From positions 42,130-106,129 of the forward strand of contig URAF01000003.1 in the NCBI GenBank assembly GCA_900545885.1: 64,000 nucleotides of DNA, written 5' to 3'. The notes under the pieces were generated by a model that ran no database searches, was not told the origin of the DNA, and saw only the letters and a program-made list of their open reading frames with translations. This DNA comes from an uncultured Eubacteriales bacterium (GTDB taxonomy: Bacteria; Bacillota; Clostridia; Christensenellales; CAG-917). Both the position numbers and the translations under genes were made by a program. This document shows, in pieces, positions 30,640 to 39,800 of the stretch; positions within the stretch are counted from its first letter, which is position 1; each line of letters opens with the position of its first letter.

Positions 30640-31983
30640 ATGAAAAGATTGCGCACGTTTTTTGCGGTAATGGCAACGATAGTGCTTGTATGCTCCGCCT
30701 GCGCCCTAACCGCCTGTTCGAACAACAACGACAACACTACGGACTCGCGACTGTCCGCCCTGCACGCCGAAAATGGTAAAATACTGAATTCGGAAGGCGT
30801 GGAAATCGCGCTCCGCGGCACAAATCTCGGCGGTTGGCTGGTTCAGGAGGACTGGATGTGCCCAACCGACCAAACGGATTATCTGTCCACGATTAAAACG
30901 CTGTATTCGCGTTTCGGTGCCGAAAAAGCCGAGGAACTCATCGACGTTTACGAGGACAACTGGATAAGCGACGCGGATTTTTCCAACATTGCCGCGCTCG
31001 GACTTAACGTTGTACGCATTCCTTTCACGTACATGAACCTGTACAAAACGCTCGACGACAACGGCAATCCGCTTTCTCCCTCCGATTATACCCTGCGCGC
31101 CGACGCTTTCGAAAGACTCGACTACGCCATAGAACAGTGTGCGAAAAACAAACTCCACGTAATTCTCGACCTGCACGGTGCGGCAGGCTCGCAAAACGCC
31201 AAAGACCACAGCGGCGACACGTCTGACGTAAAACTTTTCGATGACGACGAGTATGGCGAACTTTGTCGCGTCAACACCGTAAATCTCTGGACGGAAGTCG
31301 CAAAGCGCTACAAAGGCAACACGACCGTTGCGGCGTTCGACCTTCTCAACGAACCCGAAGGAAGAACGGGCAGCACGGGCGACGTTCAATTCATTCTTTA
31401 CGACCGTATTTACGAAGCAATCCGCGCAGAGGACCCGACGCGAATGATAATTATGGAGTCCGTATGGGAACCTCTCAATCTGCCGTCGCCCGAAGATTAC
31501 GACTGGGAGAACGTCGTTTATGAATATCATCATTACAACTGGACGGACAGCAACACGTCCAACTCCTCTTTCTACACAATGAAACAACTTGGCGAAGCTA
31601 TCGCAAACCGCGGAGTCCCCGTTCTTATCGGTGAATTCAACGCATGGGGCGACGCGGGCAGAACAACGGGAAAAGCCGACCAGACGGACGAACAGGCATA
31701 TTCGGGCGTGCTGGAATTCTATACGGGCAAAGGCTGGCACTGGACAACATGGACGTACAAAGTGCATCTGACCTCGGGGAACTGGGGATTGTACCTGCTC
31801 AACGCCTCGGCGGAAACCGCAAAAGTGAACCCCTCCGCGGACACCGAAGAAGAAATCCGTACAAAATGGGCGGCATGCCGTACCGATACGTCGTACACCG
31901 TGAACATGTCCCATGCTGATACGGTTTCGGAATTTGCGAAAGCCGAATTCGGAGTTGCGCCGCCACAGTACTCAATCCTTTGA
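30640..31983 (+). CDS. Secreted lipoprotein, glycoside hydrolase family 5 (exo-beta-1,3-glucanase-like)
   Basis: 447 aa. It has a signal peptide with lipobox (LTAC), GTNLGGWLVQEDWMCP, the acid/base motif LLNEPEG and the nucleophile region LIGEFNAW. Confidence 0.75.
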   Translation: MKRLRTFFAVMATIVLVCSACALTACSNNNDNTTDSRLSALHAENGKILNSEGVEIALRGTNLGGWLVQEDWMCPTDQTDYLSTIKTLYSRFGAEKAEELIDVYEDNWISDADFSNIAALGLNVVRIPFTYMNLYKTLDDNGNPLSPSDYTLRADAFERLDYAIEQCAKNKLHVILDLHGAAGSQNAKDHSGDTSDVKLFDDDEYGELCRVNTVNLWTEVAKRYKGNTTVAAFDLLNEPEGRTGSTGDVQFILYDRIYEAIRAEDPTRMIIMESVWEPLNLPSPEDYDWENVVYEYHHYNWTDSNTSNSSFYTMKQLGEAIANRGVPVLIGEFNAWGDAGRTTGKADQTDEQAYSGVLEFYTGKGWHWTTWTYKVHLTSGNWGLYLLNASAETAKVNPSADTEEEIRTKWAACRTDTSYTVNMSHADTVSEFAKAEFGVAPPQYSIL

Positions 31984-32020
31984 CGGCGGTTGACTGCTCC
32001 GTATCCCGAACACACATCGG

Positions 32021-32049
32021 ACACCCGCGGCAGCGCGGGTGTTTTTTCT
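32021..32049 (+). terminator. Rho-independent terminator of the GH5 gene
   Basis: ACACCCGCG-GCAG-CGCGGGTGT followed by TTTTTTC. Confidence 0.75.
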
Positions 32050-32193
32050 TTCTCTACAACCCGAAAGCCGACAATCAAAGCGGTTGCAACGCAACCAAAT
32101 TCGGGCAATATCGGATTTTGCATTGAGAAAGCCGCGGGTTTGTGGTATAATAATCGGAAGTACGGGCAACATTGCCCAAGGTGTGAGGAAGTT

Positions 32194-32802
32194 ATGTTTA
32201 TCACTTTCGAAGGCTGCGAAGGCGTCGGCAAATCCACGCAGCTTGCAATGCTCAAAGATTATCTGCACAGAACGGGACAGGATGCCGTGTATGTCCGCGA
32301 ACCGGGCAGCACGGAGATTTCCGAACAGATACGCAAAATAATTCTCGACCCCGCAAACACGGCAATGACCGCGGAAACGGAAGCGTTGCTTTACGCCGCA
32401 GCACGCGCACAGCTTGTCGCACAGGTAATCCGTCCCGCACTCGACCAAGGCAAAACCGTAATCTGCGACAGGTATCTCGACTCTTCCGTGGCATATCAGG
32501 GATACGCCCGCGGACTGGGTGAGGATTTTGTCAAAAAAGTCAATTCCTATGCCGTGGAACACGCCCTGCCCGACGTCACCGTCTTCATCGACCTGCGCCC
32601 TTCCGCGTCTTTCAGAAGCGTGAGCCGCAACGACCGTCTGGAACGCGAAAACGCCGCTTTCCACGACAGAGTTTACGAAGGTTTTATTGCACAATCCAAG
32701 GCTTCACCCGAACGTTTTGTGTGCATAAAACCCGAAAAAGAGAAAATCGACACGCACAACAAGATTATTTCCGCTCTGCGTGAAAAAGGAGCAATCAGGT
32801 GA
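32194..32802 (+). CDS. tmk: Thymidylate kinase
   Basis: 202 aa from ATG 32194 (GAGGAAG RBS). It starts MFITFEGCEGVGKSTQ (P-loop) and has DRYLDSSVAYQG. Confidence 0.9.
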   Translation: MFITFEGCEGVGKSTQLAMLKDYLHRTGQDAVYVREPGSTEISEQIRKIILDPANTAMTAETEALLYAAARAQLVAQVIRPALDQGKTVICDRYLDSSVAYQGYARGLGEDFVKKVNSYAVEHALPDVTVFIDLRPSASFRSVSRNDRLERENAAFHDRVYEGFIAQSKASPERFVCIKPEKEKIDTHNKIISALREKGAIR

Positions 32803-33776
32803 AAACTCCCGCCTTTGAAAACACTCTCAGGCAAAGCCGTGCCTACGGGCTTCTCCGCAAGGATATCCAAGCCGGACTCGGCCACGCCTATATGATTATT
32901 TCCCCCGACGACGAAACCGTGAGCGAACTTTTCACTCTGGTCGCCGCCGCGGTGTACTGCACTTCGCATACCGCGTGTATGGAGTGCACGGAGTGTCACA
33001 AGGTGCTGACGGACAACAATCCCGACGTATTTTCGCTGAACGAAGCGGGCGAGAAAATCAAGGTTCAGGAAATCAAGGATTTGGTTTCTTCCGTTTCCAT
33101 CAAGCCGCTTTCGGACAGAAAAATATATTTCGTGCACCGCGCCGACCTTATGACCGCGGACGCACAGAACAAGTTGCTCAAAACTCTCGAAGAGCCGCCC
33201 GCGGGCGTTACCATTTTCCTCGGAGTCGCAAACGAGGCGGGGTTGCTCGACACCGTGAAATCGCGCTGCCGTCACGTGTATCTCGACGTGTTCGACCGCA
33301 ACACGGTTTTTCAGGCGCTTTCCATGCTCAACTGCGACGAAGAGTCTGCGGCTATTGCCGCCGCGTGCTCGGAAGGTCAGCTCGGGAAAGCGCGGCGCAT
33401 TGCGCTGTCCCCCGAATACAAGGAATACTATTCCGACGCGCTCGACCTGCTCGAAAAACTGCAACGCAGTCCCGACGTTCTGAAAACGGACTCTCTGCCC
33501 TGTTTTAAAAAGAACATCGGCGAGTTTCTCAAAATTCTGTCCGTTGCGGTTCGCGACCTTATGACGGCAAAAACGGACGGCGAACTTCTCTTCGACTCCG
33601 CGCTTTCGGGGCGTATCCGCAGGCTTGCGGAGCAATTTTCGCTCCGTGCGCTCGCGCTCATTGTTCAGCAAATAAACAAGGCACAGGAAAAACTGTTCTT
33701 CGGCGTAAACCAGCTCGCCGTAACAGACAGTCTGCTCTTTTCCGTGTTGGAGGTTAAACATAAATGGCAATCATAG
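32799..33776 (+). CDS. holB: DNA polymerase III delta-prime subunit
   Basis: 325 aa. The GTG start overlaps the tmk stop. It has a zinc module (CMECTECHKV) and the KLLKTLEEPP motif. The tmk-holB synteny fits. Confidence 0.8.
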   Translation: MKTPAFENTLRQSRAYGLLRKDIQAGLGHAYMIISPDDETVSELFTLVAAAVYCTSHTACMECTECHKVLTDNNPDVFSLNEAGEKIKVQEIKDLVSSVSIKPLSDRKIYFVHRADLMTADAQNKLLKTLEEPPAGVTIFLGVANEAGLLDTVKSRCRHVYLDVFDRNTVFQALSMLNCDEESAAIAAACSEGQLGKARRIALSPEYKEYYSDALDLLEKLQRSPDVLKTDSLPCFKKNIGEFLKILSVAVRDLMTAKTDGELLFDSALSGRIRRLAEQFSLRALALIVQQINKAQEKLFFGVNQLAVTDSLLFSVLEVKHKWQS

Positions 33777-34621
33777 TAGGCATAAAGTTCAGAAACACCA
33801 ATAAAGTGTATTACTTTGACCCGACGGGAATACAGTTTGCGGAAGGCGACGGCGCCATAGTCGAAACGGCTCGCGGGCTGGAATACGGCACTGTTTCGGT
33901 TGCAAACCGCGAAGTCGAGGAAAAAGAAATCGTCGCGCCCCTCAAACCCGTGGTCAGAAAAGCCACCGCCGACGACCTTAAACAAGTCGAAAAAAACCTT
34001 GCCGACCGCGAACACGCGCTTGCGGTAATCCGCGAAAAAGCCGCCGCGCTCGGACTGGGAATGAAACTCGTGGACGCCGAATACACTTTCGACCGCAGCA
34101 AGCTGATATTCTATTTCACCGCCGACGGGCGCGTTGACTTCCGCGAACTTGTAAGAACGCTTGCGTCCATATTCAAGGTCAGAATTGAACTCCGTCAGAT
34201 TTACGAACGCGACGACACCAAAATGCGCGGCGCGCTCGCCGCGTGCGGAAGACCTTGCTGCTGCACATCTCACCTGCCCGACTTCGAAAAAGTTTCAATC
34301 AAAATGGCAAAAATTCAGGGGCTGTCCCTCAACCCGCAGAAAATCAGCGGGGTTTGCGGCAGACTGCTCTGCTGTCTGAAATACGAAAACGACTATTACA
34401 GCGAAGTTTTCAAACAAATGCCCAAAGTCGGAAGCAAAGTCAGAACGTCGGACGGAGAAGGCGTCGTAGAGTCCAACGACCTCATCAAACAGACTTCGCG
34501 AGTGCGCGTTCTCACCAAGGACGGCACCTACGACGTGCGCACTTACAATCTCGAAGACCTCAAAATCGGAGAACGTCAGTCGTCTGCGGAAATCGACGCT
34601 ATGCCCGACACCGAGGAATAA
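33764..34621 (+). CDS. ricT: PSP1-domain protein, RicT/YaaT-like
   Basis: 285 aa. It starts VGIKFRNTNKVYYFD and has the Cys cluster CGRPCCC...CGRLLCCLKYE. The holB-yaaT synteny matches Bacillus. Confidence 0.85.
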   Translation: MAIIVGIKFRNTNKVYYFDPTGIQFAEGDGAIVETARGLEYGTVSVANREVEEKEIVAPLKPVVRKATADDLKQVEKNLADREHALAVIREKAAALGLGMKLVDAEYTFDRSKLIFYFTADGRVDFRELVRTLASIFKVRIELRQIYERDDTKMRGALAACGRPCCCTSHLPDFEKVSIKMAKIQGLSLNPQKISGVCGRLLCCLKYENDYYSEVFKQMPKVGSKVRTSDGEGVVESNDLIKQTSRVRVLTKDGTYDVRTYNLEDLKIGERQSSAEIDAMPDTEE

Positions 34622-34778
34622 CGGCAACGCGTTCGGCAGTATGACTGCGGCGTAGCCGCCGCCTGCGAAAATTGTTGCTTGCGGCATACGCCATTTTCAA
34701 AAAAGACTATACAAACCGCAACCTTTGTGCTATGATGTATTCGGTTGAAAAACCTATCATTATAAAGGAGTGAATACT

Positions 34779-34949
34779 ATGGCGAGAGTTATCAGCGACG
34801 AATGCATTTCTTGCGGAGCGTGCGCAGACACCTGCCCCGTCGGAGCGATTTCCGAAGGCGACGGCAAATACGTCGTCAACGCAGACGAGTGCATTGACTG
34901 CGGAGCATGCCAGGACGGTTGCCCCGTCGGAGCAATTTCCGAAGAGTAA
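34779..34949 (+). CDS. 2[4Fe-4S] ferredoxin (56 aa, below the ORF-track length cut-off)
   Basis: Hand translation is MARVISDECISCGACADTCPVGAISEGDGKYVVNADECIDCGACQDGCPVGAISEE. It has two CxxCxxCxxxCP motifs, an AAAGGAG RBS 8 nt upstream and a strong terminator downstream. Confidence 0.85.
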   Translation: MARVISDECISCGACADTCPVGAISEGDGKYVVNADECIDCGACQDGCPVGAISEE

Positions 34950-34965
34950 TTAAAACAAATCAGAC

Positions 34966-35000
34966 AAAACGGGCGGAAATTTCCGCCCGTTTTGTTTTTG
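34966..35000 (+). terminator. Rho-independent terminator of the ferredoxin gene
   Basis: AAAACGGGCGGAAA / TTTCCGCCCGTTTT perfect palindrome followed by GTTTTTG. Confidence 0.75.
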
Positions 35001-35056
35001 TCCTGTTCAAACGTTTACACTCCGCACTGCCGTTTACACTCTGCGCCGCAATTTTA

Positions 35057-35085
35057 TTGTCAATCCCGACAAAATAATATATAAT
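35057..35085 (+). promoter_or_regulatory. Candidate promoter of the chromate-transporter pair; the -10 box overlaps the annotated ATG
   Basis: TTGTCA - 17 nt - TATAAT at 35080-35085. The track's ATG at 35084 lies inside the -10 box. Confidence 0.4.
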
Positions 35086-35995
35086 GTCCACCGTGAAAAA
35101 GACTTTTGCCCGAAAACTCGCAGACTGTTTCAAGATGTTCGCCGTATTTTTCAAAATAGGGCTGTTTTCTTTTGGCGGCGGATACGCGATGCTGACGATG
35201 ATAGAACACGAAGTCGTCGACAAACGCGGCTGGCTCACTCACGACGAGTTGATGGACATTTTTGCAATAGCCGAAAGCACCCCCGGCGCGATTTCCATAA
35301 ACATCGCTACGTTTATCGGCACCAAACGCGAAGGCGTACTCGGCGGAATCATAACCACGCTCGGCGTAGTACTCCCCTCTTTCCTCGTAATTCTCGCACT
35401 GTCTTACGTCATCGACATCGTCCGCGACAACAAATGGGTGACCTATCTGTTTATGGGCGTCCGCGTGGGCGTTATAGTTCTCATAGTGAACGGCGCGCTC
35501 AAATTCCTGAAAGGAATGAAACGCACCCCGCTTGCCATAATTCTGGCGGTGGCAATGTTCTGCCTTGCGGTGTTTACGGAAATAAGCGTCATTTACCTTA
35601 TGCTCGGCTCGATAGGCATATCGATAATCGCGGTCGCGCTCACGCACATAATCAAAAAACGAAGCCTTATTTCCACAATGACCAAATGCGGCGGCGACTA
35701 CGAACGCAAGCGCTCGGACGGCAATCTCTGCCCCGACGCAATGCTTGCGGTCAATATGCAAGCCGCAGAAACGGAGCTTTGCGAAAGTCTGCCCGATAGC
35801 GGCGAAGAAGAAAAGACCTGCGACAACGCGGAGCAAACGGATAATTCTTCCGAAACCAAAACCGCGGAGCACGACGACGCGGACAAGCCCGACGGCGTTA
35901 AAACCGACGACGTGCAAACAGCCAACACCGAAAGCAACGACAACGCGGAAAACGGCGTTGCCGAAAATGCGGAGAACAAGGAGGACGTCGAATGA
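35084..35995 (+). CDS. Chromate transporter (CHR) family protein, first half-size subunit, with a long acidic tail
   Basis: It has FFKIGLFSFGGGYAMLTMIEHEVV..IAESTPGAISINIATFIG, the CHR signature. The last approximately 110 aa are acidic and low-complexity. The true start may be GTG 35093 (see promoter note). Confidence 0.75.
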   Translation: MSTVKKTFARKLADCFKMFAVFFKIGLFSFGGGYAMLTMIEHEVVDKRGWLTHDELMDIFAIAESTPGAISINIATFIGTKREGVLGGIITTLGVVLPSFLVILALSYVIDIVRDNKWVTYLFMGVRVGVIVLIVNGALKFLKGMKRTPLAIILAVAMFCLAVFTEISVIYLMLGSIGISIIAVALTHIIKKRSLISTMTKCGGDYERKRSDGNLCPDAMLAVNMQAAETELCESLPDSGEEEKTCDNAEQTDNSSETKTAEHDDADKPDGVKTDDVQTANTESNDNAENGVAENAENKEDVE

Positions 35996-36573
35996 TTTAT
36001 CTCGAAGTTCTCTGGACGTTCTTCAAAATCGGGCTGTTCACCATAGGCGGCGGACACGCAATGATACCGATGATAATGAGCGAAATCGTTGCCAAAGGCT
36101 GGCTCGACCAACAGGTTCTGCTCGACTTCATCGCAATCGCCGAAAGCACTCCCGGACCTTTTGCAATCAACATAGCAACCTATGCCGGATTGCAGGTAGC
36201 GGGCATAGGCGGCGCAATCATCGCGTCCATAGGCGTGGTACTGCCCTCGCTCATAATCATTATCATCATCGCGAAATTCTTCTCGCGTTATATGAACCGT
36301 CCCAAGGTTCAGGAAGTGTTCGACAACGTGAGCGGCTCCGTCACGGGACTTCTCTTCTCGGTGGTCGTGACCGTCGGCATACTCGTGCTTTTCGGAATGG
36401 ACGGCATTTTCGACACGGCGGCGTTCAAACCAGACTATATCGGAATAGGACTGTTCGCGGGACTGCTTGTTCTTTCCTTTGTCAAAATCAAAGGCAAGAA
36501 AATCCCGCCCCTTCTCATAATCCTGATTTCCGCCGTCGCGGGCATACTTCTGTACGGATTTATCCCCGTATAA
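35992..36573 (+). CDS. Chromate transporter (CHR) family protein, second half-size subunit
   Basis: 193 aa. It has FFKIGLFTIGGGHAMIPMI...IAESTPGPFAINIATYAG. It overlaps the upstream gene by 4 nt. Confidence 0.8.
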   Translation: MIYLEVLWTFFKIGLFTIGGGHAMIPMIMSEIVAKGWLDQQVLLDFIAIAESTPGPFAINIATYAGLQVAGIGGAIIASIGVVLPSLIIIIIIAKFFSRYMNRPKVQEVFDNVSGSVTGLLFSVVVTVGILVLFGMDGIFDTAAFKPDYIGIGLFAGLLVLSFVKIKGKKIPPLLIILISAVAGILLYGFIPV

Positions 36574-36807
36574 CCGTTCTCGAAGCTCCTTGCAAACATT
36601 TACAAAACACCATATTTTGCGCGTCCTTTCGGGACGCGTTTTTTGTCGGACGTTCCCGAACGACTTTTTGATACAAAATTTTTAATTAAACGTTGCCATC
36701 TTCAAAACAAGCCTTTTAACCGCGGTTTTGTCATATTAAACACCGTTTTATGTCGATTTGCCGCTTTCTCCGCGCGGTTGCGTGCGACGTTTGCGCGCGC
36801 ATTCGGC

Positions 36808-36836
36808 TTGATATAAGTACGGGTGTATGGTATACT
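36808..36836 (+). promoter_or_regulatory. Candidate extended -10 promoter of the helicase operon
   Basis: TTGATA - 17 nt - TATACT with TGg immediately upstream of the -10 box, 19 nt before ATG 36855. Confidence 0.45.
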
Positions 36837-36854
36837 CCCCTCAAAGGAGTTATT

Positions 36855-39800
36855 ATGCCACAGGAAGTCAGCGATAAGAATTATGCGGAAATTACCGCAA
36901 GTTGCTCAAAGGTTTTGAGCTACTTTCATTTGCAGAACAACATCTCTCCGATTAAAAGACTCTACGTCAAAAACTCGTCCGATACGGAACGTGAAAACAT
37001 CACAATCCGCATTCATTCCGAGCCAAAATTCCTGCTCCCCTGCGAAATAAACGACGTAAGACTTCCCCGCAAAACAACGGCGAAGTTCGACACCAGCGTT
37101 CAGCTTTCGCCGCTCTTTATGGTCGCCCTCGACAAAACAATCGAAGGCGAAATCATAATGGAAGTCGTGGACGAAGACGCAGTTGTTGCCGAGCAGAGGT
37201 TCAAGGTTCAGTTGCTGGCATTCAACGAATGCAACTTCCGCGAAGACCCCGCGTCGCTCGCGGCGTTTGTCCGCCGAACCGCCGAAATCAACAAACTGCT
37301 CAATATGGCAGGCCGCAAGGTTCAGAGCTGGAACCTCAATTCCTGCACGGGTTATTCGGGAACGCGCAACAACGTCCGAAACTTCTTCGCCGCCTGTTAC
37401 AGCGTGCTCGCGGACCAGAAGTTCACGCCCGCCGATATGAAGACAGACCAGGAGTTCGTCTTCATTCCCGACCATCAGGAAACGCTCATATCCAAAATCG
37501 CCTCGCCTCTCGAACTTGCGCTCATTCTTGCCGCGCTTGTCGAAAGCAACGGTCAGAACGGTATTGTCGCACTCATCAACAACAAATGGTACACGGGCTG
37601 TTTCCTCACCAACGAGTGTCTGCCCAACCTCATAAACGACGACCCCGACATTCTGCGCAAGAAATCCGAACGCGGAGTCAGCGACCTCAGTATGGTTGCA
37701 ATAAGCGACCTGTTGCAGGGTGTGTCGTTTGAAAAGGCCGAAAAGAGCGCGCAAAGCGCACTCAAAAAGGATGCCGACGTCGAGTTTATCGTCGACATCA
37801 AACGCGCGCGCATCATGCACGTCTATCCTCTGCCCGAACGCGTCAAAAGTGCGGGCGGTTACGACCTGCGCCAAAGCAAGGACTACTACACCGACCTCGC
37901 CCCAAAACAGCTCAAAGAGTACGGCGGCGAAATCGTGGGCGAAAAGGAAATCAGCAGGGTTACGCAATGGGAACGCCGACTTCTCGATATGGATATGCGC
38001 AACTCTCTGCTCAACTTCAAGGTTTCGCAGACCGCGGTCAAGCTGCTCGTCCCGTCCCTTGAAGATTTCATAGAAAACATGGCGGAGGTCAAGTCATTCA
38101 CTCTCGAATGCAAACCCAAAGAAAGCCCCGAAACCCTCGACAAGGTTTCAAACGGTTTCGAGCGCGCGACCTACCTCAAACCTTTTGCCGACTACATACT
38201 CTACGAATACAAAAACAAACGCCTGCGCACGGCATACGACCTGCGCGAACACGAAGCCACAATTCTGCGTCTTTTCCGCAAGGAAAAATCCATACAGGAA
38301 GAAACGGGCACGCTTACGCTTTATCTTGCCGCAGGGTTCCTCAAATGGAAGGAACAGGAGCTGTCCGACGACAAGTATGCTCCGCTTTTCCTCTACCCTG
38401 TCAGCATCTCCAAAAAAGGCGTGGCGGCTCCCGTTTATACTGTCGAAGTCAACACCGACGACCTGCGCGTCAACAGCACTCTGCTCGAATTCCTGTATCA
38501 GGAGTTTGACCTCGATATGCGCGGGCTTGCCTCCGTCGAACTCAACACCCCGCAAGCCGTACTGTCCGTTCTCGCGCGCATAAAGCGCGAAACCGTGCGG
38601 TTCAAAGGCTGGGACATCTTCCCCAACGTTTTCCTTGCAAGTCTGTCGTTTGCAAACTATCTGCTCTGGCACGACGTAAAATACAAATCCGACCGTTTCC
38701 GCGAACACCCCATTGTGCGTTCGCTCATCAATAACAGGCTGGAACTGTCGGGCGACGCGTTCGACCTCTCCGACAGAAGCAGCGACGAAGCGTACGTCGG
38801 TGCGGAAAAAATGTATCTTCCCATTTCCGCTGACTCGTCGCAATACTCCGCAATCTACGACAGCTTGTCCAAGAGTTTCGTTCTGCACGGACCTCCCGGA
38901 ACGGGCAAGTCGCAGACAATCACCAACATAATCGCAAACAACATCGTCCGCGGCAGACGCGTCCTGTTCGTCGCCGAAAAAATGGCGGCGCTGTCCGTCG
39001 TTCACCGCAGACTGCAAAATATCGGCCTCGGCGACTTCTGTCTCGAACTGCACTCCAACAAAGCGAACAAGAACGTTGTCCTCAACCACATAATCAACAC
39101 GCTCGCGCTTGCCGACGAAACGTCGCAGCAGGACCTCGAAGAAAAAGCCGCGGAAATCGCAGTTCCTCTCGAAAAGTTGCAGAAAGAGCTGGACGCAATG
39201 CACCGCAAACGTTATCTCGGTTTTTCGCTTTACGAAGCAATCCTCAACTACTTCGAAAACGAGGATGCGCCCGACTGCCTGAACATCGACAGTCTGTTCT
39301 ACGAGAAGTTGACGGAAAGTTCTTTCAACAACTACCTTGACGTGCTGACGGAACTCTCTCTCCGCGCAAAGGAATGCGGCGACATCGAGAAATCGCCTTT
39401 CAAACACATAGGCGACTTTACCTACGACGAAAAATGGCGCGCCGACGGCGAATCCATTCTCGAAATTTATCTCATCGAGCTCAAACATCTGCGCCAGTAC
39501 GCCCGCAACCTTTTGCCGCTGTTCAATATGCGCACGGTCGCGCTCACCAACGCAAAACTCAAAGCGCTTTACGACATCTGCCTGCTGTTGCGCGACGAAA
39601 GCGTCCGCGAATATTTCGCGCGCTGCAAAACGGTGGAAAACGCAAAAGGTATGCTCGACTCCTTCCGCGAAGCCTACAAGAAAAACGGCATACTCACCGC
39701 GGAATATACGTCGAAATACGGCACATACCCTTACGAAGTTCCACTCGAAGAAGTCGACGAAGCCATGCGCACGGGCAATTACAGCCGCGGCGTAAAACGC

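Noticed and set aside
36750-36854. The upstream 35-codon extension of the helicase ORF (MSICRFLRAVACDV...).
   Set aside because: The extension overlaps the promoter-like TTGATA-17-TATACT element and has no RBS. ATG 36855, by contrast, lies 5 nt after AAAGGAG.
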